Source: Octopus bimaculoides
Taxonomy: Eukaryota
Direction of reading: 5' to 3'
Length of the DNA stretch: 64,000 nt
Assembly (NCBI RefSeq): GCF_001194135.2
Contig: NC_068984.1
Coordinates: 52,792,252 to 52,856,251 of the forward strand
Both the position numbers and the translations under genes were made by a program. The notes below the pieces were generated by a model. The model worked only from the letters and a program-made list of their open reading frames with translations. It made no database searches and had not been told where the DNA came from. Positions 36,541 through 49,389 of the stretch are shown here, piece after piece (position 1 is the first letter of the stretch; the number at the start of each line of letters is the position of its first letter).

Positions 36541-37798
36541 TACATTTAGTCATAAATTCCTATTTTAATATGAACAACATTTTAATCCATATACCTTTTA
36601 TTTCAAATCTCTTGTAACGAACTAAGAAAAAATATCATTTCTGACAATACGTTTACATGATGCAACAGTCAGTGCTACTAAGCTTGAACAAAAGCCACAA
36701 TTTGGTCTCTACTGGCATTGGATTAGGATTATTTCTTATATTTGCAATACATCAAATCAATAATTATTTCTACAGATTGATAATCAAACGTAATAAAGTG
36801 CAGATAAAATGCCAGAAAGCCAGGCAATGTCTTTCTATTCCCACTCCCCAAAGTATTGTCCCAACCAGCTTTCTGATACACTTTAATCAGATAAAATGTG
36901 TACATACACACAAATGCATGCATATACACACATGCATATGCATGTACACACAGATGCATGCATACATGTATATATGCATACACACATATACATGCATGCA
37001 CATACACATGGATGCACACGTACACTCACACACACAACTTCTCCATTGAACAGCTTTCTCCCATGTAATCTGAATTCCAGTTTAGCAAATTAAAAACCTG
37101 ACTGACTTAATACATCTAACATGGCTTCTACAAACAAATACCACATTTTTCCAACAGATACAAATTCAAATTAGAGCTAACAATATAATCAAAATTGATC
37201 CCATCAGTGTAGGAACACAAGAAATGGCTCTGAAACATCTTCTTTAACTTAATTATTAAAAAAGAAAAAGAAACAGCTCTGTTATTTTCTCCTGTTTTCC
37301 CAAGATGTGAGTGATGACAAAGAAAAAAGAAAAACTTGTCACATGCAAACGTTATCAAGCAGCATCTAAAGAAGCAGCAATGAAATGGTGGAACAGACTT
37401 GCATTTTGTGCATGATATTTTGATTATCAGTTATAAAAATATAACACATATATCATTTAGTATGTGGAAAAAGCAGTTCAACACAATGATATTTCGTATG
37501 AACAATTGCCAAAAGTTGGTATTTGTTACAATAAAGTTCAAAACAAAGATTCTTAGAGTATTGTGAAAAGAGAGCTCAAATTTAAGAGGCAAGAGACAGT
37601 CTGTAACAAGAACTCAAATATGAATGATAAATATGTAAAAAAGAAGGAAAAAAAACAGGAAAACCTGGCCAGAATGAAAGTCAATGAATAATCAAAATGA
37701 AAACAAAATACACATACATTCCAAAATGTAACTACATGTGGATTATTGGCGATTTTTTTCCCTCTATCTTCTTTTTTCCTTGGAATTTCCTGTCTCCT

Positions 37799-37837
37799 GT
37801 TTCTGAAGAAGAGCTTTGCTCGAAACGTAAATCAACC
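37799..37837 (+). ncRNA. Minimal hammerhead ribozyme-like motif (Penelope-type), weak stem I
   Basis: CTGAAGA (37803-37809), A, stem II GAGC-TTT-GCTC, GAAA, palindromic ACGT, then a GUA triplet (cleavage after 37829). Stem I pairs only GTTT/AATC, with a mismatch. Confidence 0.6.
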
Positions 37838-37919
37838 TTTCTTTCCTTCTTTGAGTATCTTATTAATACTTTGCATGTACCATGTCCTCATGTTGTTGAT
37901 TTTTCTGTGTTTTTGGGGG

Positions 37920-38450
37920 ATCACCATCATCATCATTTAATATCTTTGTTACTGTCATGTGTTGAATGGTTTGACAAGGATCTGGTAAGTTTAAGAACTG
38001 CTTTGGCATAGTTTCTATGGTCAGATGCCCTTCCTAACTCCAACCACTTCACAGTGTGTATCGGGTGCTTTTTTCATGCCACCAGCACTACTGAGGTCAC
38101 CATGTAGCTCATAAGTCTATAACTCTGAGGAGGTGGGGTACCGCATCCTTATGTTAAGTGGAGGTGAAGGTATTAAAGAAGAGGCTGAAGTAGAACAGGT
38201 TCTTGTAGAGGAGCTACATGGCTACTCACATTTAGAAAAGAGAGTGAAAATGAATGGATGCTATCTCTCAAAGAGATAGATAGTGGGGATGAGGTGTCCA
38301 GATGGCAACACATGTAGGGAGAGTAGTGAGTGAGTGTATGGGAGAAAAGATTGGGAAAGTGGGAGGGATGGAAGTAGGTAATATCTGTTAAGATTGGGAA
38401 GGTTTGAGGGTTGTGGATGCACAAGTTGGGGAAGTTAGAGGGATGCTAAC
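37920..38450 (-). mobile_element. Old RTE-type 3' tail plus purine-rich degenerate retroelement sequence
   Basis: CATCATCATCATTTAATATC...GATGCCCTTCCTAACTCCAACCACT...GGGTGCTTTTTTCATGCCACCAGCAC matches the tail motif. The identity of the distal part is uncertain. Confidence 0.5.
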
Positions 38451-38768
38451 AGCAAGTCAGTGATGATGTGTTTGGGTAGGCTGCAGGAGTGGAGTAGAGA
38501 GATAGACAGGTGTAGTACATGAGGGAAGTTGGGGTGGAAAGGCTACTGTAACATGAAGGTGTAGATGTGGAGAATGGTTAACAAGTGAAATGGTTCTGGA
38601 TAGAAAGAGAGGGGGAAATGGTGTTGGGAGTGGCAAAGAGCTGCAGTAGGGGAGATGCAGGGGGAAAGACGATGTGAGGGGAGGGGATTGATTGATTGAA
38701 GTGCTCACACACACACAAAAACATCTATTATATATGCATGTATGTTCACATACACACACACAAATATA

Positions 38769-38934
38769 CATCATCATCATCATCATTTAACGTCCGCTTT
38801 CCATGCTAGCATGGGTTGGACAATTTGACTGAGGACTGGCGAACCAGATGGCTACACCAGGCTCCAATCTGATCTGGCAACCACTCCGAGAATGTAGTGG
38901 GTGCTTTTATGTGCCACCGGCACGAAGGCCAGTC
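38769..38934 (-). mobile_element. RTE 3'-end fragment with a ~35-bp internal deletion
   Basis: Near-identical to 44640-44800 except that the GAGTTTCTACAGCTGGATGCCCTTCCTAACGCCA segment is missing. Confidence 0.85.
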
Positions 38935-39638
38935 TTCAACAATTCTTTGAGACAAATTTAATTCTTACAATAGCAACTTTTTGAATGTTTTCGTCTGGAC
39001 TGATCAAAGGAGTTTTTTTTTCTGTTGGCTAAGCAAGCTTTCAAAATCATTATATTTGCACTTATTTATCTATGTAGTGTAGTGTTCTTAACATAGGTAG
39101 CCATCAAAATGAAGTGCTGATTTCAATTAGTTACCAAAGATAAGAAGCTTGCATTTTTTGGCACCAAAACCCTCCAAAACTGAAGAAAAGCCAATAGGAG
39201 TTTGAATGATTGATGTACTCTCACTGACTGTGTTTGATTTTGGTATCTGTTCATTAGTTCATATATTCATGTAGTTACATGAATATATATATATATTATA
39301 CCTACACAGTGCTTCCAGAGGTCAGTTTTGCTGTGATAGGCAGGTTTTCACAAGAATCTTGTATCACCAGATATCCTAGTCCTTTGTCTTTTCCTCTGAG
39401 AGGCTCAGAGTCCTAAGGTCAGCCTTCACCACTTCATCCCATATCTTCCTGGGTTTCTCTTTTCCACTAGTTCTCACTGTAGCAGAGCAACATATTGCAT
39501 AGTAATATGTGAGTCGACCTGTGAGTCTAACCTCACTTTGATACACTAACCTCACTTTGATACACTAACCTCGCTTTGATACAATAGCTTCATTCTGAGA
39601 CACTAGCCTCGTTCTGAGCTACACTGTAGAAGTATCTC

Positions 39639-39773
39639 AGTTCCTGCCAGATTTCGGTCAAAGAAACATGTCTTTTCTGTAGATCCACACGCAGTCTCCC
39701 ACGTGTGATTCACATGTCTATTCACCTCGACACAAGATATATGGTTCATAAACAAAGATATTTTATCGCACCA
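39639..39773 (+). repeat. 5' LTR segment (direct repeat of 44451-44583)
   Basis: Manual alignment gives about 14 substitutions and one 2-nt indel over ~135 bp. Confidence 0.85.
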
Positions 39774-40559
39774 TACATTCTCAAAATGACTTCTCATTAC
39801 ACACATGCATACATACTGTAATAAAAATATATGTTACTTCTTTCAGGGTAAAAGCAAAAATCAAAACTTTCTTTGTATGTAAACACACATGTTTTTGTAT
39901 CATACTACATGCTTTCACCACAAAAGGTGAACACAGAATAAACAATATATCTATACACAAAAATGTCTTATGGTGATTCATACTAGCTGTTTTACCATTT
40001 AATAAAACACACTTGAACAGCCAACAGCTGTTATAAAATGGTGACTGTGATATAAAAATATATATACATATATATGTATGTATGTTTAGTGGTTCATTAG
40101 ATGCCTTGTTCAAAGAAAAATGCTTGTTACTAAAGAAAAACACACCAAAGTCATTTACAAACACACCACCATTACACCAACACATTTCCATATACAAACA
40201 ATCTGTTGCATGGATGTCGACACCCAAAAAACAAAAAGAAAAAGCAAAAAAATAATAATAATTCACTTTTATTCCTGTAGCCAAGTCGGGCTAAAAACAA
40301 AATTTTGCTTTTTGAAATAGCCAAATGTTCTTGTTTTTTTCTCTTGCACATGGGAATTCATACATCATGTGGCTCACTGCCATTTTGTCTTTCTTCACAA
40401 AGTTTGATGCCATTTCTCAAGTTACACATGCCCGCTAATTTTGAATACCCCACGTGGACACAACACAGCTGCCTGAGCTATCTGTTACATCTAACAGCAT
40501 GGTCGCACACCATTTTACAAACTTTTCCCCAGTAATTGACATCTTTCTGTTACACATCA

Positions 40560-41330
40560 CCATGAATAACAGTTCCTTACCTTGTTTCAAGGATGATATG
40601 AAAGTGTGTTTCGCACAGATCAAATCGACGTTTGCTGCGAACAATATTGGGCTCCAAAGCCCAACAGCTCCACATATTACTGGGTGCAATACCACCGTCC
40701 CTGACAGCCACTGTGAGGGACCTGATAAATGAACCCCCACATGATGCCACGTATAGGAGCATTAAGCAGGAGATTCTTCAACGCATGCCCTTGTCGGAAG
40801 AAATAAGATTTCAAACCCTCGTCAATGACGAGCACTTAGGCGACCGTAAACCCACACAACTTCTGCACCACATGAAAGAATTGGCACAAAAGGCACCTGC
40901 TGATAGTGCTTTATTGAAACAACTATTTTTTTCCCTGTTGCCCTCTGACGTCCAAGCCATCCCAGCCTCTAAGGAGTGACTCCCATCAAGCAAATAGCCT
41001 CCACAGCCGACAGAATCATAGAGTATACCGGCAACTCCATGAAGCTGACCTCAGTACCACTGGATACCTCTGCACACCCACCAGTAGCATCAGTTTCCAC
41101 TAAGGACCTTGCCTCACCTTCTCTCCTAAATGTGATAGCTGAATTACTAAGAGAAGTGCAGCTCCTTCACACTTCCAGGTCAAGCTCACCCAGATGGCAT
41201 TCTTTTGATTGCTCCTTCTTGCCTCGCTGTCACTCATCCTCTGCTCATTCATCTATGTGCTGGTACCATGCCAAGTTTGGAACATAAATATACCCAACCC
41301 TGTACTTTTTCTCAACAGGGAAACAACCAA
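40560..41330 (+). pseudogene. Gypsy gag relic with CHCC-type zinc knuckle
   Basis: FAQIKSTF, VRDLINEPP..ATYRSIKQEILQR..LSEEIRFQTL...LGDRKPTQLLHHM and CWYHAKFG. This CHCC gag type is characteristic of the CsRn1 lineage. Confidence 0.8.
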
Positions 41331-41339
41331 CAAGAGAAT

Positions 41340-44300
41340 TGAGCACGGCACATTTTCTGCAACAGCCAGTGGCCAACCATGTATTTTTCCTAACAGACCA
41401 GATATCTCATACCTGCTGCCTCATAGATATAGGTGCTGCCTGCAGTATCTGGCCGTTTGGCAAACCATTCACTGATTCCAACTTTTGGCCAGATATCTCA
41501 TTCATTGGATTTAGATCTGTGATGTGACTTCAAGTGAATTTTTACAGTCGCAGATCTCCCTTACCCAGTATTAGGTGCAAACTTTTTGCACCACTTCCAT
41601 CTGCTTGTGGGACACGACCACTCGGCGCTTATGGGACACGACCACAGAACTTTCTCTCCCAGGTAAGAAGCCACTAACCCCTGCAGTTAATCCAGTTTTT
41701 TCATTGCTGCCATGGATGACCCATACCATGCACTCTTAAACTCATATCCAGAGTTGACTAACCTAAATTTTTTTATTGCTGCTCCAACTCACTCCACCAC
41801 CCATTTCATCAAAACTAAAGGTGCTTCGGTTTTTTCACGCCCTCGCTGCCTTTCCTCAGAGAAGCTAAAGGTGGCCAAGATGGAATTTAACCATATGCTC
41901 CAGTTGGGCATCATCCACCCCTCTAATAGCCCCTGGGCGTCGCCCTTGCACATGGTTCAAAAGCATTCTGGGGACTGGCGGCCCACTGGTGACTACAGGA
42001 GATTAAACTCCATCACAGTGCCAGACAGGTACCCAATACCCCACATTCAAGATTTTGCATCATCTCTCCACAACTGCAAAGTATTCGCCAAACTGGACTT
42101 GGTTAAGGCATACCATCAGATTCCTGTGAATCCAGAGGATATTCCAAAGACTGTCGTAACCACTCCTTTCGGCACCTTCGAACTCCTAACTATGCCATTT
42201 GGTTTATGGAATTCAGCCAGCACATTTCAAAGGTTCATAGACGAAGTCGTCTGAGACTTAGACTTCGTCTATGCATACACCAATGACATCTTGATAGCTA
42301 GCACCTCACCCAAAGAACATCTCCATCATGTACGTCAGCTGTTTGAGTGGTTCAAGACTTACCGAGTGCAGATCAATCAGCACATCTTCTTTGGCCTTCC
42401 TAGGTCACATCATCAGTCTCAAAGGCATATTGCCACTGCCTGACAAGATGAAGGCATTACAGGAGTTACCTCCACCCACCTCGTTACGTCAGCTCCAACA
42501 TTTCTTGGGACTATTCAACTTCTATTGGTGCTTTGTTCCTCATTCAGCTGAAATCCTATATCTGCTAAACATGCTCCTTCAGAATAGGAAAAAGAGGAAT
42601 GAGCTGATAGGATTGGACTCCACCCAACTTGACTTCTTCGACACAGCAAAGCTGCAACTCACTCAGGCATCACTTCTTGCCCACCCTGTCATGGATGCTC
42701 AGCTATCCCTTGTGGTGGATGCATCCAACACTGCCATAGGCACAATGTTACAACAATTTCACCAGCAGCAAACTCCAGCCTCTTGCCTTTTCCTCTCGGC
42801 GGCTTAAACCAGCTGAAACTTGTTACAGCACTTTCAGACAGGAGCTGTTAGCTATGTATTTAGCAGTCAAACATTTCCGGTACACACTTGAGGGATACCA
42901 ATTCATGATTTTTACAGACCACCATCCACTCACCTTTGTCCTGCTCTCAAAGCCTGACAAGTACTCTCTGCGGGAAACCAGACATTTGGATTTCATTTCC
43001 CAATTTACCGCCAACATATCTCTGGTGTAGATAACACTGCAGCAGACACCTTATCATGCCTACCACTGAATTCGCTGTTGTCGCCTGCAGACATTAACCT
43101 GCATCTCCTGGCTAAAGATCAACCTCGCTTAGAGACAATTGATATATCCTCACCCGCCTTTGCCACATGTAGCTTCAAATACTTCCCAGTACCCGCATCT
43201 GACGCACAGATTTTGTGCGATACTTCCACGAATTCTCTTCGTCACACCCTGGCATCACCGCCACAGTGAAACTCATTTCGGCTAGATTCTTTTGGCCAAA
43301 TATGAGATGAGACATCACTTCTTGGTCATGCTCCTGCCTTTTCTGTCAGAAGTCAAAGGTACATAGGCACATCCGTGCACCCCTTGGCACATTCAACACA
43401 CCAGATGTGCATTTCAACCATGTACACATCGACCTTGTTGGATCTTGGCCAGTCAGCATTGATCATTTCATACATTGACCGGAAGCTATTCCTTTAGTAG
43501 ATATCAATGCAGAATCTGTTGCCAAAGCTTTTCTCACAGGATGGATATCACGGTACAGAGTCCCTACCACCATCACTACCGACCATGGAAAACAGTTTGA
43601 ATCGCAACTCTTCCATGAGCCCATGAAAACCATTGGTGCATGCTGGATTCAAACCACCAGTTAACATCCACAATCCAATGGTATGGTGGAATGATTCCAC
43701 TGCCAAATGAAAGCTTCTTTGTGTGTTTACCCAGATCAGCAGCGTTGGAGCGAATATCTTCCAATAGTCCTTGTTGGCTGTCGAGCATCGATAAAGAAGG
43801 ATCTTGGTTATTCCCCAGCAGATCTTGTTTATGGCACACCTCTTTCATTGCCAGGCCAGATGTTGGTCCCAGTGGATCTGTCCACACAAGACCCCACTAT
43901 GTACATACACAGACTTTTTAAATACATGCAAGAACTGTCACCCATGTCAACAGGACACTAAACCACTAAATCATCAGTACCAAAAGACATTGATTCTTGG
44001 ACCCATGTGTTTCTATGAAACAACGCTGTGAAAACCCCCCACACCTCCATACATGGAATCCTATTGCATCCTGTCATACACAGACAAACTATATACCACA
44101 GACGTTAATGGTAAAAAGGAAACTGTGTCAATAGACAGGCTTAAGCGGGTATACATAGACAGTGATACAATACCACCTCATACATCTCCCACATTCACAG
44201 TACAACATTAAACAAATGCTACTCTGCAGCAACCACCACCAACACCATCACACACACCGATCCCTCCTCCATCTACATAAATCACTATGACTCGTAGTGG

Positions 44301-44350
44301 TCGCCATGTACACTGGCCCACCAAGCTGTCTAAAATTATATACATCTGAA
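41340..44350 (+). pseudogene. Gypsy pol relic (PR-RT-RH-IN)
   Basis: Protease [48 protein letters not shown] and MPFGL, with YxDD decayed to YTND. RNase H VVDASNTAIG. Integrase HVHIDLVG, HPQSNGMVE and WSEYLPIVL. It ends TRSGRHVHWP. Confidence 0.9.
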
Positions 44351-44450
44351 CTATAATGAACCATTTGTGAACTTAGCAAAGACTTTCAACATGTATCACC
44401 AACGACGCAGTTTTGTTCTTCACAGTATTCCTTCAAATTTTACATAATCT

Positions 44451-44581
44451 AGTTCCTGTTAGATTTCAGTCAAAGACATGTCTTCTCTGTAGCTCCACAC
44501 ACAGTCTCCCACATGCAATTCACATATATATTCATCTCAACACAAGATATATGGTTCATAAACAAAGATATTTTATCACAC

Positions 44582-44583
<2 letters not shown>
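44451..44583 (+). repeat. 3' LTR segment (direct repeat of 39639-39773)
   Basis: Same alignment; it follows the end of pol. Confidence 0.85.
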
Positions 44584-44615
<32 letters not shown>

Positions 44616-44616
<1 letters not shown>

Positions 44617-45670
44617 CATCATCATCATCATCATCATCATCGTTTAACGTCCGCTTTCCATGCTAGCATGGGTTGGACGATTTGACTGAGGACTGGTGAA
44701 ACCGGATGGCAACACCAGGCTCCAGTCTAATTTGGCAGAGTTTCTACAGCTGGATGCCCTTCCTAACGCCAACCACTCAGAGAGTGTAGTGGGTGCTTTT
44801 ACGTGTCACCCGCACGAAAACGGCCACGCTCGAAATGGTGTCTTTTATGTGCNNNNNNNNNNNNNNNNNNNNNNNNNNNNNNNNNNNNNNNNNNNNNNNN
44901 NNNNNNNNNNNNNNNNNNNNNNNNNNNNNNNNNNNNNNNNNNNNNNNNNNNNNNNNNNNNNNNNNNNNNNNNNNNNNNNNNNNNNNNNNNNNNNNNNNNN
45001 NNNNNNNNNNNNNNNNNNNNNNNNNNNNNNNNNNNNNNNNNNNNNNNNNNNNNNNNNNNNNNNNNNNNNNNNNNNNNNNNNNNNNNNNNNNNNNNNNNNN
45101 NNNNNNNNNNNNNNNNNNNNNNNNNNNNNNNNNNNNNNNNNNNNNNNNNNNNNNNNNNNNNNNNNNNNNNNNNNNNNNNNNNNNNNNNNNNNNNNNNNNN
45201 NNNNNNNNNNNNNNNNNNNNNNNNNNNNNNNNNNNNNNNNNNNNNNNNNNNNNNNNNNNNNNNNNNNNNNNNNNNNNNNNNNNNNNNNNNNNNNNNNNNN
45301 NNNNNNNNNNNNNNNNNNNNNNNNNNNNNNNNNNNNNNNNNNNNNNNNNNNNNNNNNNNNNNNNNNNNNNNNNNNNNNNNNNNNNNNNNNNNNNNNNNNN
45401 NNNNNNNNNNNNNNNNNAGCACATTTCCAAAGGTCTCGGTCAGTAGTCATCGCCTCGGTGAGGCCCAATGTACGAAGGTCTTGCCTCACCACCTCAGCCC
45501 AGGTCTTCCTGGGCCTACCTCTTCCACGGGTTCCCTCAACTGTTAGGGTGTGGCACTTTTTCACGCAGCTATCCTCATCCATTCTCACCACATGTCCATA
45601 CCAGCGCAATCGTCTCTCTTGCACACCACAACTGATGCTTCTAATGTTCAGCTTTTCTTTCAAGATACTT
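44616..45670 (-). mobile_element. 5'-truncated, relatively young RTE LINE spanning an N-gap
   Basis: (CAT)n tail at 44616-44641. Open C-terminal frame KEKLNIRSISCGVQERRLRWYGHVVRMDEDSCVKKCHTLTVEGTRGRGRPRKTWAEVV. Confidence 0.88.
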
Positions 45671-46289
45671 ATATATATATATATATAAACAATAATTTTC
45701 ACACAACAAAAACAGCACATAAAAGCAAAAATATCCACAATGTATTAGAATTGTAAGAATAATGCAAATAGTTTTAAAAACCTAATAGAAGAAAAAAACC
45801 CAATAAGTAAAGCACACTAAACTTGAAATGGTGAACTCAAATCCAAATATCACAAAACTAGGAAGGGGAAGAATGTGAATGTAAACAAAACAAATCATTC
45901 ACATTCCAGATGATAAACATTTGTATAAATCAAATATTCTATGAAACACCTTGCATAAAATGGAAAAGAATAAAAAGGGAGGAAAAATAGCCATGAAAAT
46001 TTTGAACAAGAAACTGAATAGTCAGTCACTGTGAACAAGGAAACTTTTAAAGAAAATAGAAAGGACTTAGATACATAAACAGAAATATTGTATATATATA
46101 TATATATAGTGGGTTGAAAATCCCTTTTGGATGGAAAAAGTTGAAAGCTGCTCATAAGACTGAAACCCACATCTCTTGTAGTATTTATGTGCTCCAAAGT
46201 TCAATTCACCAAAACAATTATTTTGCATTCTCTCAGAAGTTTATAAATTTTTATGGCATGAATAACAAAAATACATATTTAGCATCATT

Positions 46290-46490
46290 TAATCTTTTAC
46301 TGGTTTCAGTCACTTGAAAGGTTTTTCTTTTAGCCAAGCAAATTGACTCCAGTACTTATTCTAGTGATCTCTTTTACCGAACTGTTAAGTTACAAGAATG
46401 ATAACAAACCAATACTGGTCATCAAGTGGTGGTTGTGGGGGTGACAGACACATACACAAAGACACACATGCAACAGGTTTTTTTCAGTTT
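46290..46490 (-). mobile_element. Degenerate SINE 3' module
   Basis: TTTTACTGGTTTCAGTCA...CCAGTACTTATTC...CTCTTTTACCGAACTGTTAAGTTAC, the reverse complement of the SINE tail. Confidence 0.6.
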
Positions 46491-47149
46491 CTGTCTCACT
46501 GGGTGCAACAGTTACAAGACAGGTACCCTTAAAACAAAACAAACAAAATCAACCTTTCTCTTTGCTCTTTTTGTCTCATCATCGTAGAATGTTAGCAAGT
46601 GTCACTACTCCTTTTTTTTGGCAAACATCAATCAAAAACCAACAGAATCTCTTTTTCTGTGAATGGAACTCTCATTTCAGCTACTCTTGAACATATAAAC
46701 ACATTTAAGCTGAACAAGAAATCAATTTACTGTATCTCATTTTCCACCAGTTTCCAGTACCACACTGGTTTCTTCTGATTACCTCAATGATGTTACCCAC
46801 TTTTACCATGTGTCACCCTCAAAAGGAACTTTAATTCAACAAGATATGTTTAATGCTATTTCTACATCATTGAGTTACACGTTGAGCTTTACAAACACAT
46901 TTTCTATATCACCCATAATTTGAAGTTAGTAGTGTTTCTCTATATGCATTTCTATCTAATACAAACCTTCATTTCAATTATCTGTGAGAAAATATATGCA
47001 CTTTAATAACGTTGAATTACAGTACCAATAAACCAGAAGAGGCCTGTATGATTGTTAGATACTATTGGATGTACAGAGACATAAGAACATATACATTATA
47101 ATAGTTCTTTTGTATCTTTTGTATATCACCAGAAGTGTGTCTGTTTCAT

Positions 47150-47527
47150 CAGTATTGTCATCGACAGAGTGGGATAATGTAAGAGATCGAGTGAATGGTA
47201 GTGATTTACAAATCGGTAGGAAGTAAATGCTAAAACGAAATTCTAAGGAAATATTGATTTCTAACAAAGGCACAAGGCCACGAATTTTAAGGAGGGGAAT
47301 AGTCGATTTTATCAAATCAGTACTTTATTTTATTGACCCTGGAAAGATGAAAGATATAGTTTGATCCAGGTAGAATTTGAACTCAGAACACGACGAGGCA
47401 CAATTAAACACCGCAAAGCATTTTGTTTGACTCTCTTCTAGTTCTGCCAATTCACATTCCAAGGGAATATTGATCGACATTTAGCGTAGGCTGGAAGTCG
47501 AATGGAGTTGCTCCGAGACTGGTAAGT
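47150..47527 (+). promoter_or_regulatory. CpG-rich putative promoter and non-coding first exon ending at donor CTG|GTAAGT (47521/47522)
   Basis: About 15 CpGs between 47150 and 47640 in an otherwise CpG-poor region (some come from a SINE). Perfect-consensus donor. A matching strong acceptor TTTTATTTTATTTCAG ends at 49187, 202 nt before the ATG of the 771-aa ORF. Confidence 0.5.
47255..47455 (-). mobile_element. Second tRNA-derived SINE family (…GAAAGATGAAAG…GAATTTGAACTCAGAAC…)
   Basis: Its minus strand carries a B-box-like GTTCTGAGTTCAAATTC. Related pieces in the opposite orientation lie at ~52820-52900 and ~56580-56720. Confidence 0.55.
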
Positions 47528-49389
47528 GTGTTTATTTTTCGGTTGTTTGCACAAATTAACAGTTTCTTGAGGCCTGAAACACGTTCCAAATACCTGGTAA
47601 TAAATACTACTTCAGTGTGATTAATTCATGCCCGATCAATTGAGGAAATGAACAATAAGAAGTAACATAAGAAAAGTAGTAATAGAATGGTTGCTATTGT
47701 TTCCCAATTGAATTCATGTCAGCAATTTGTCAAAAAAATCCGTTAGATGAGATCAATATCCTTTGTCATTATTTAGTCAGGAGTAAAGATTGTAAACAGT
47801 AACGATTTAACAGTAATACATTTGACATATTGCTTCACATATCAATGCGAAGGTTCTTTTTAGGTGAAATGACAAATCAATACATTGTTGTTCCTCTGAA
47901 AAGAAAGAAACAACTACCTGTGTGTTTAGGAAGAAAGTTATTGACATGTAAACACTAATGTAGGGTTCGGATACTGGAGGAGGCTTGATTAGTGTAAAGA
48001 TTATGATTTTTTCCCCTTATTAATTGACACAAAATACACCGAAATCAGAGTGTGCTTCATAATTATTTTATCAACAAAGAGAAGGATAAAAGACAGTGTT
48101 GATATATGTGAGATATGAACTCCCAATCAAATGAGTCAAAAATACAGCGTAATTAATACATTTCATCCGATACCCTATGCTTCAATCACTTGTCACCCCT
48201 TGAATAATGTCGAAACAATAATAGTAGGGATAATGAAGATAATGACAGCCAAGAAAGGTTAATTATAGATGGAAACAGTGTAGTAAGACGGTTAATTATA
48301 TAACACCTAATAATGACAACGATGTTTTATTTTAGCTGACATCAGTCAGCATTCATCTAATTAGTTGAAAAGATTCATCCTGAAGCTGTCCGAATTTAAA
48401 GGTTAAAGCTAAAAAAAAAAAATAATTAATAGTAGCTGTGTAAATGACAGTCCCTATAACGACTGTGATGTGAACAACAATCGAACTGTTAGCTTCAATA
48501 ATACCTCATGCCAATCGTGGTCTAAATCCCTGTTAGTTATTTTTATTTTGTTGTTCTTTAGTCCCTGATCGAAGGCGTTCCCACAGTGACCATCTCGTCT
48601 TGTTTTCAGACAGTATATCTATAACTGCATCATCCAATGACTTTGGTTTAAATTTTTTTTTTTTTTTTTTATGATGATAGATTACGATTGGAAAAAAGAA
48701 TTTTGGCTGCTATTTCCAGCAGATTAGCAATCGCATATAGGCTCCTTCATTGATTTTGTTGCTCTCCTTGGCAGTTTTTTTTTTAATGTTTTTGTTGCAG
48801 AAATTGTTTACAGCACCGTTGCTGTTATTGTTTTAAGAAATGCGTAACACTCACATATTGTATGTGAAGTTGTATTGTGTATGAAAGTACTACAGGAGTG
48901 TTGTGTAGTGCTTGGAACAGTCTTATATACTTATATTCCATTGTCCAACTGCTTGTTGCGTGGGATTTTAATCCTTTCTTCTGGCACTGCGTGGTAGCTG
49001 AGAATAGTTCCACTTTCTGTTGCTCAAAACAGTAACGAAACCCTCTGACAATTAAAATTCCCTCCTGCCATATGGAGTTATCATTGTCTCTGTAATTTCT
49101 TTAATGAGCTTTTCTCTCTTTCATATTTTTAAACCTAAAATTGTGTCAGGTATTTTCTAATTTAAACTTACTTTTATTTTATTTCAGACTTTTGAATATG
49201 AACTAATAATCTAAATAGGTAACCAGTTATATACTTGATTATGGATTAAAATATACAACACAATTTTTTTTTTTAGAAAGAATATATAATTGAGATGAAA
49301 ACATGCCAAAATTGGTCGCTTTGTATAACCATATATAATAAATTATATTCATATGAAACCAAAAGTTACCAACAAAATTTCCTAAAATT

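Larger units (their letters stand above)
39478..44583 (+). mobile_element. Decayed Ty3/Gypsy LTR retrotransposon (CsRn1/Boudicca-like gag)
   Basis: Gag, protease, RT, RNase H and integrase relics appear in Gypsy order. Flanking ~135-bp direct repeats (39639-39773 and 44451-44583) both end in ...CACCA. The putative 5' LTR starts TGTAG at 39478. There are many stops and frameshifts. Confidence 0.9.

Noticed and set aside
31119-39622. Regularly spaced repeats (65-nt RTE units, 19-nt LTR units) as possible CRISPR-like arrays
   Set aside because: These are head-to-tail tandem units with no unique spacers, inside eukaryotic retroelements, with no cas genes.
16795-45738. Long ORFs in the six-frame track that span N-runs (e.g. 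29168-30631, 16795-17523, 44696-45688, 35028-35630)
   Set aside because: They are open only because N codons are not stops. The real coding parts are the RTE fragments already listed.
46540-47230. Possible exons of a divergent minus-strand transcript upstream of the CpG-rich patch
   Set aside because: Only short interrupted frames and weak splice signals; no recognisable product.
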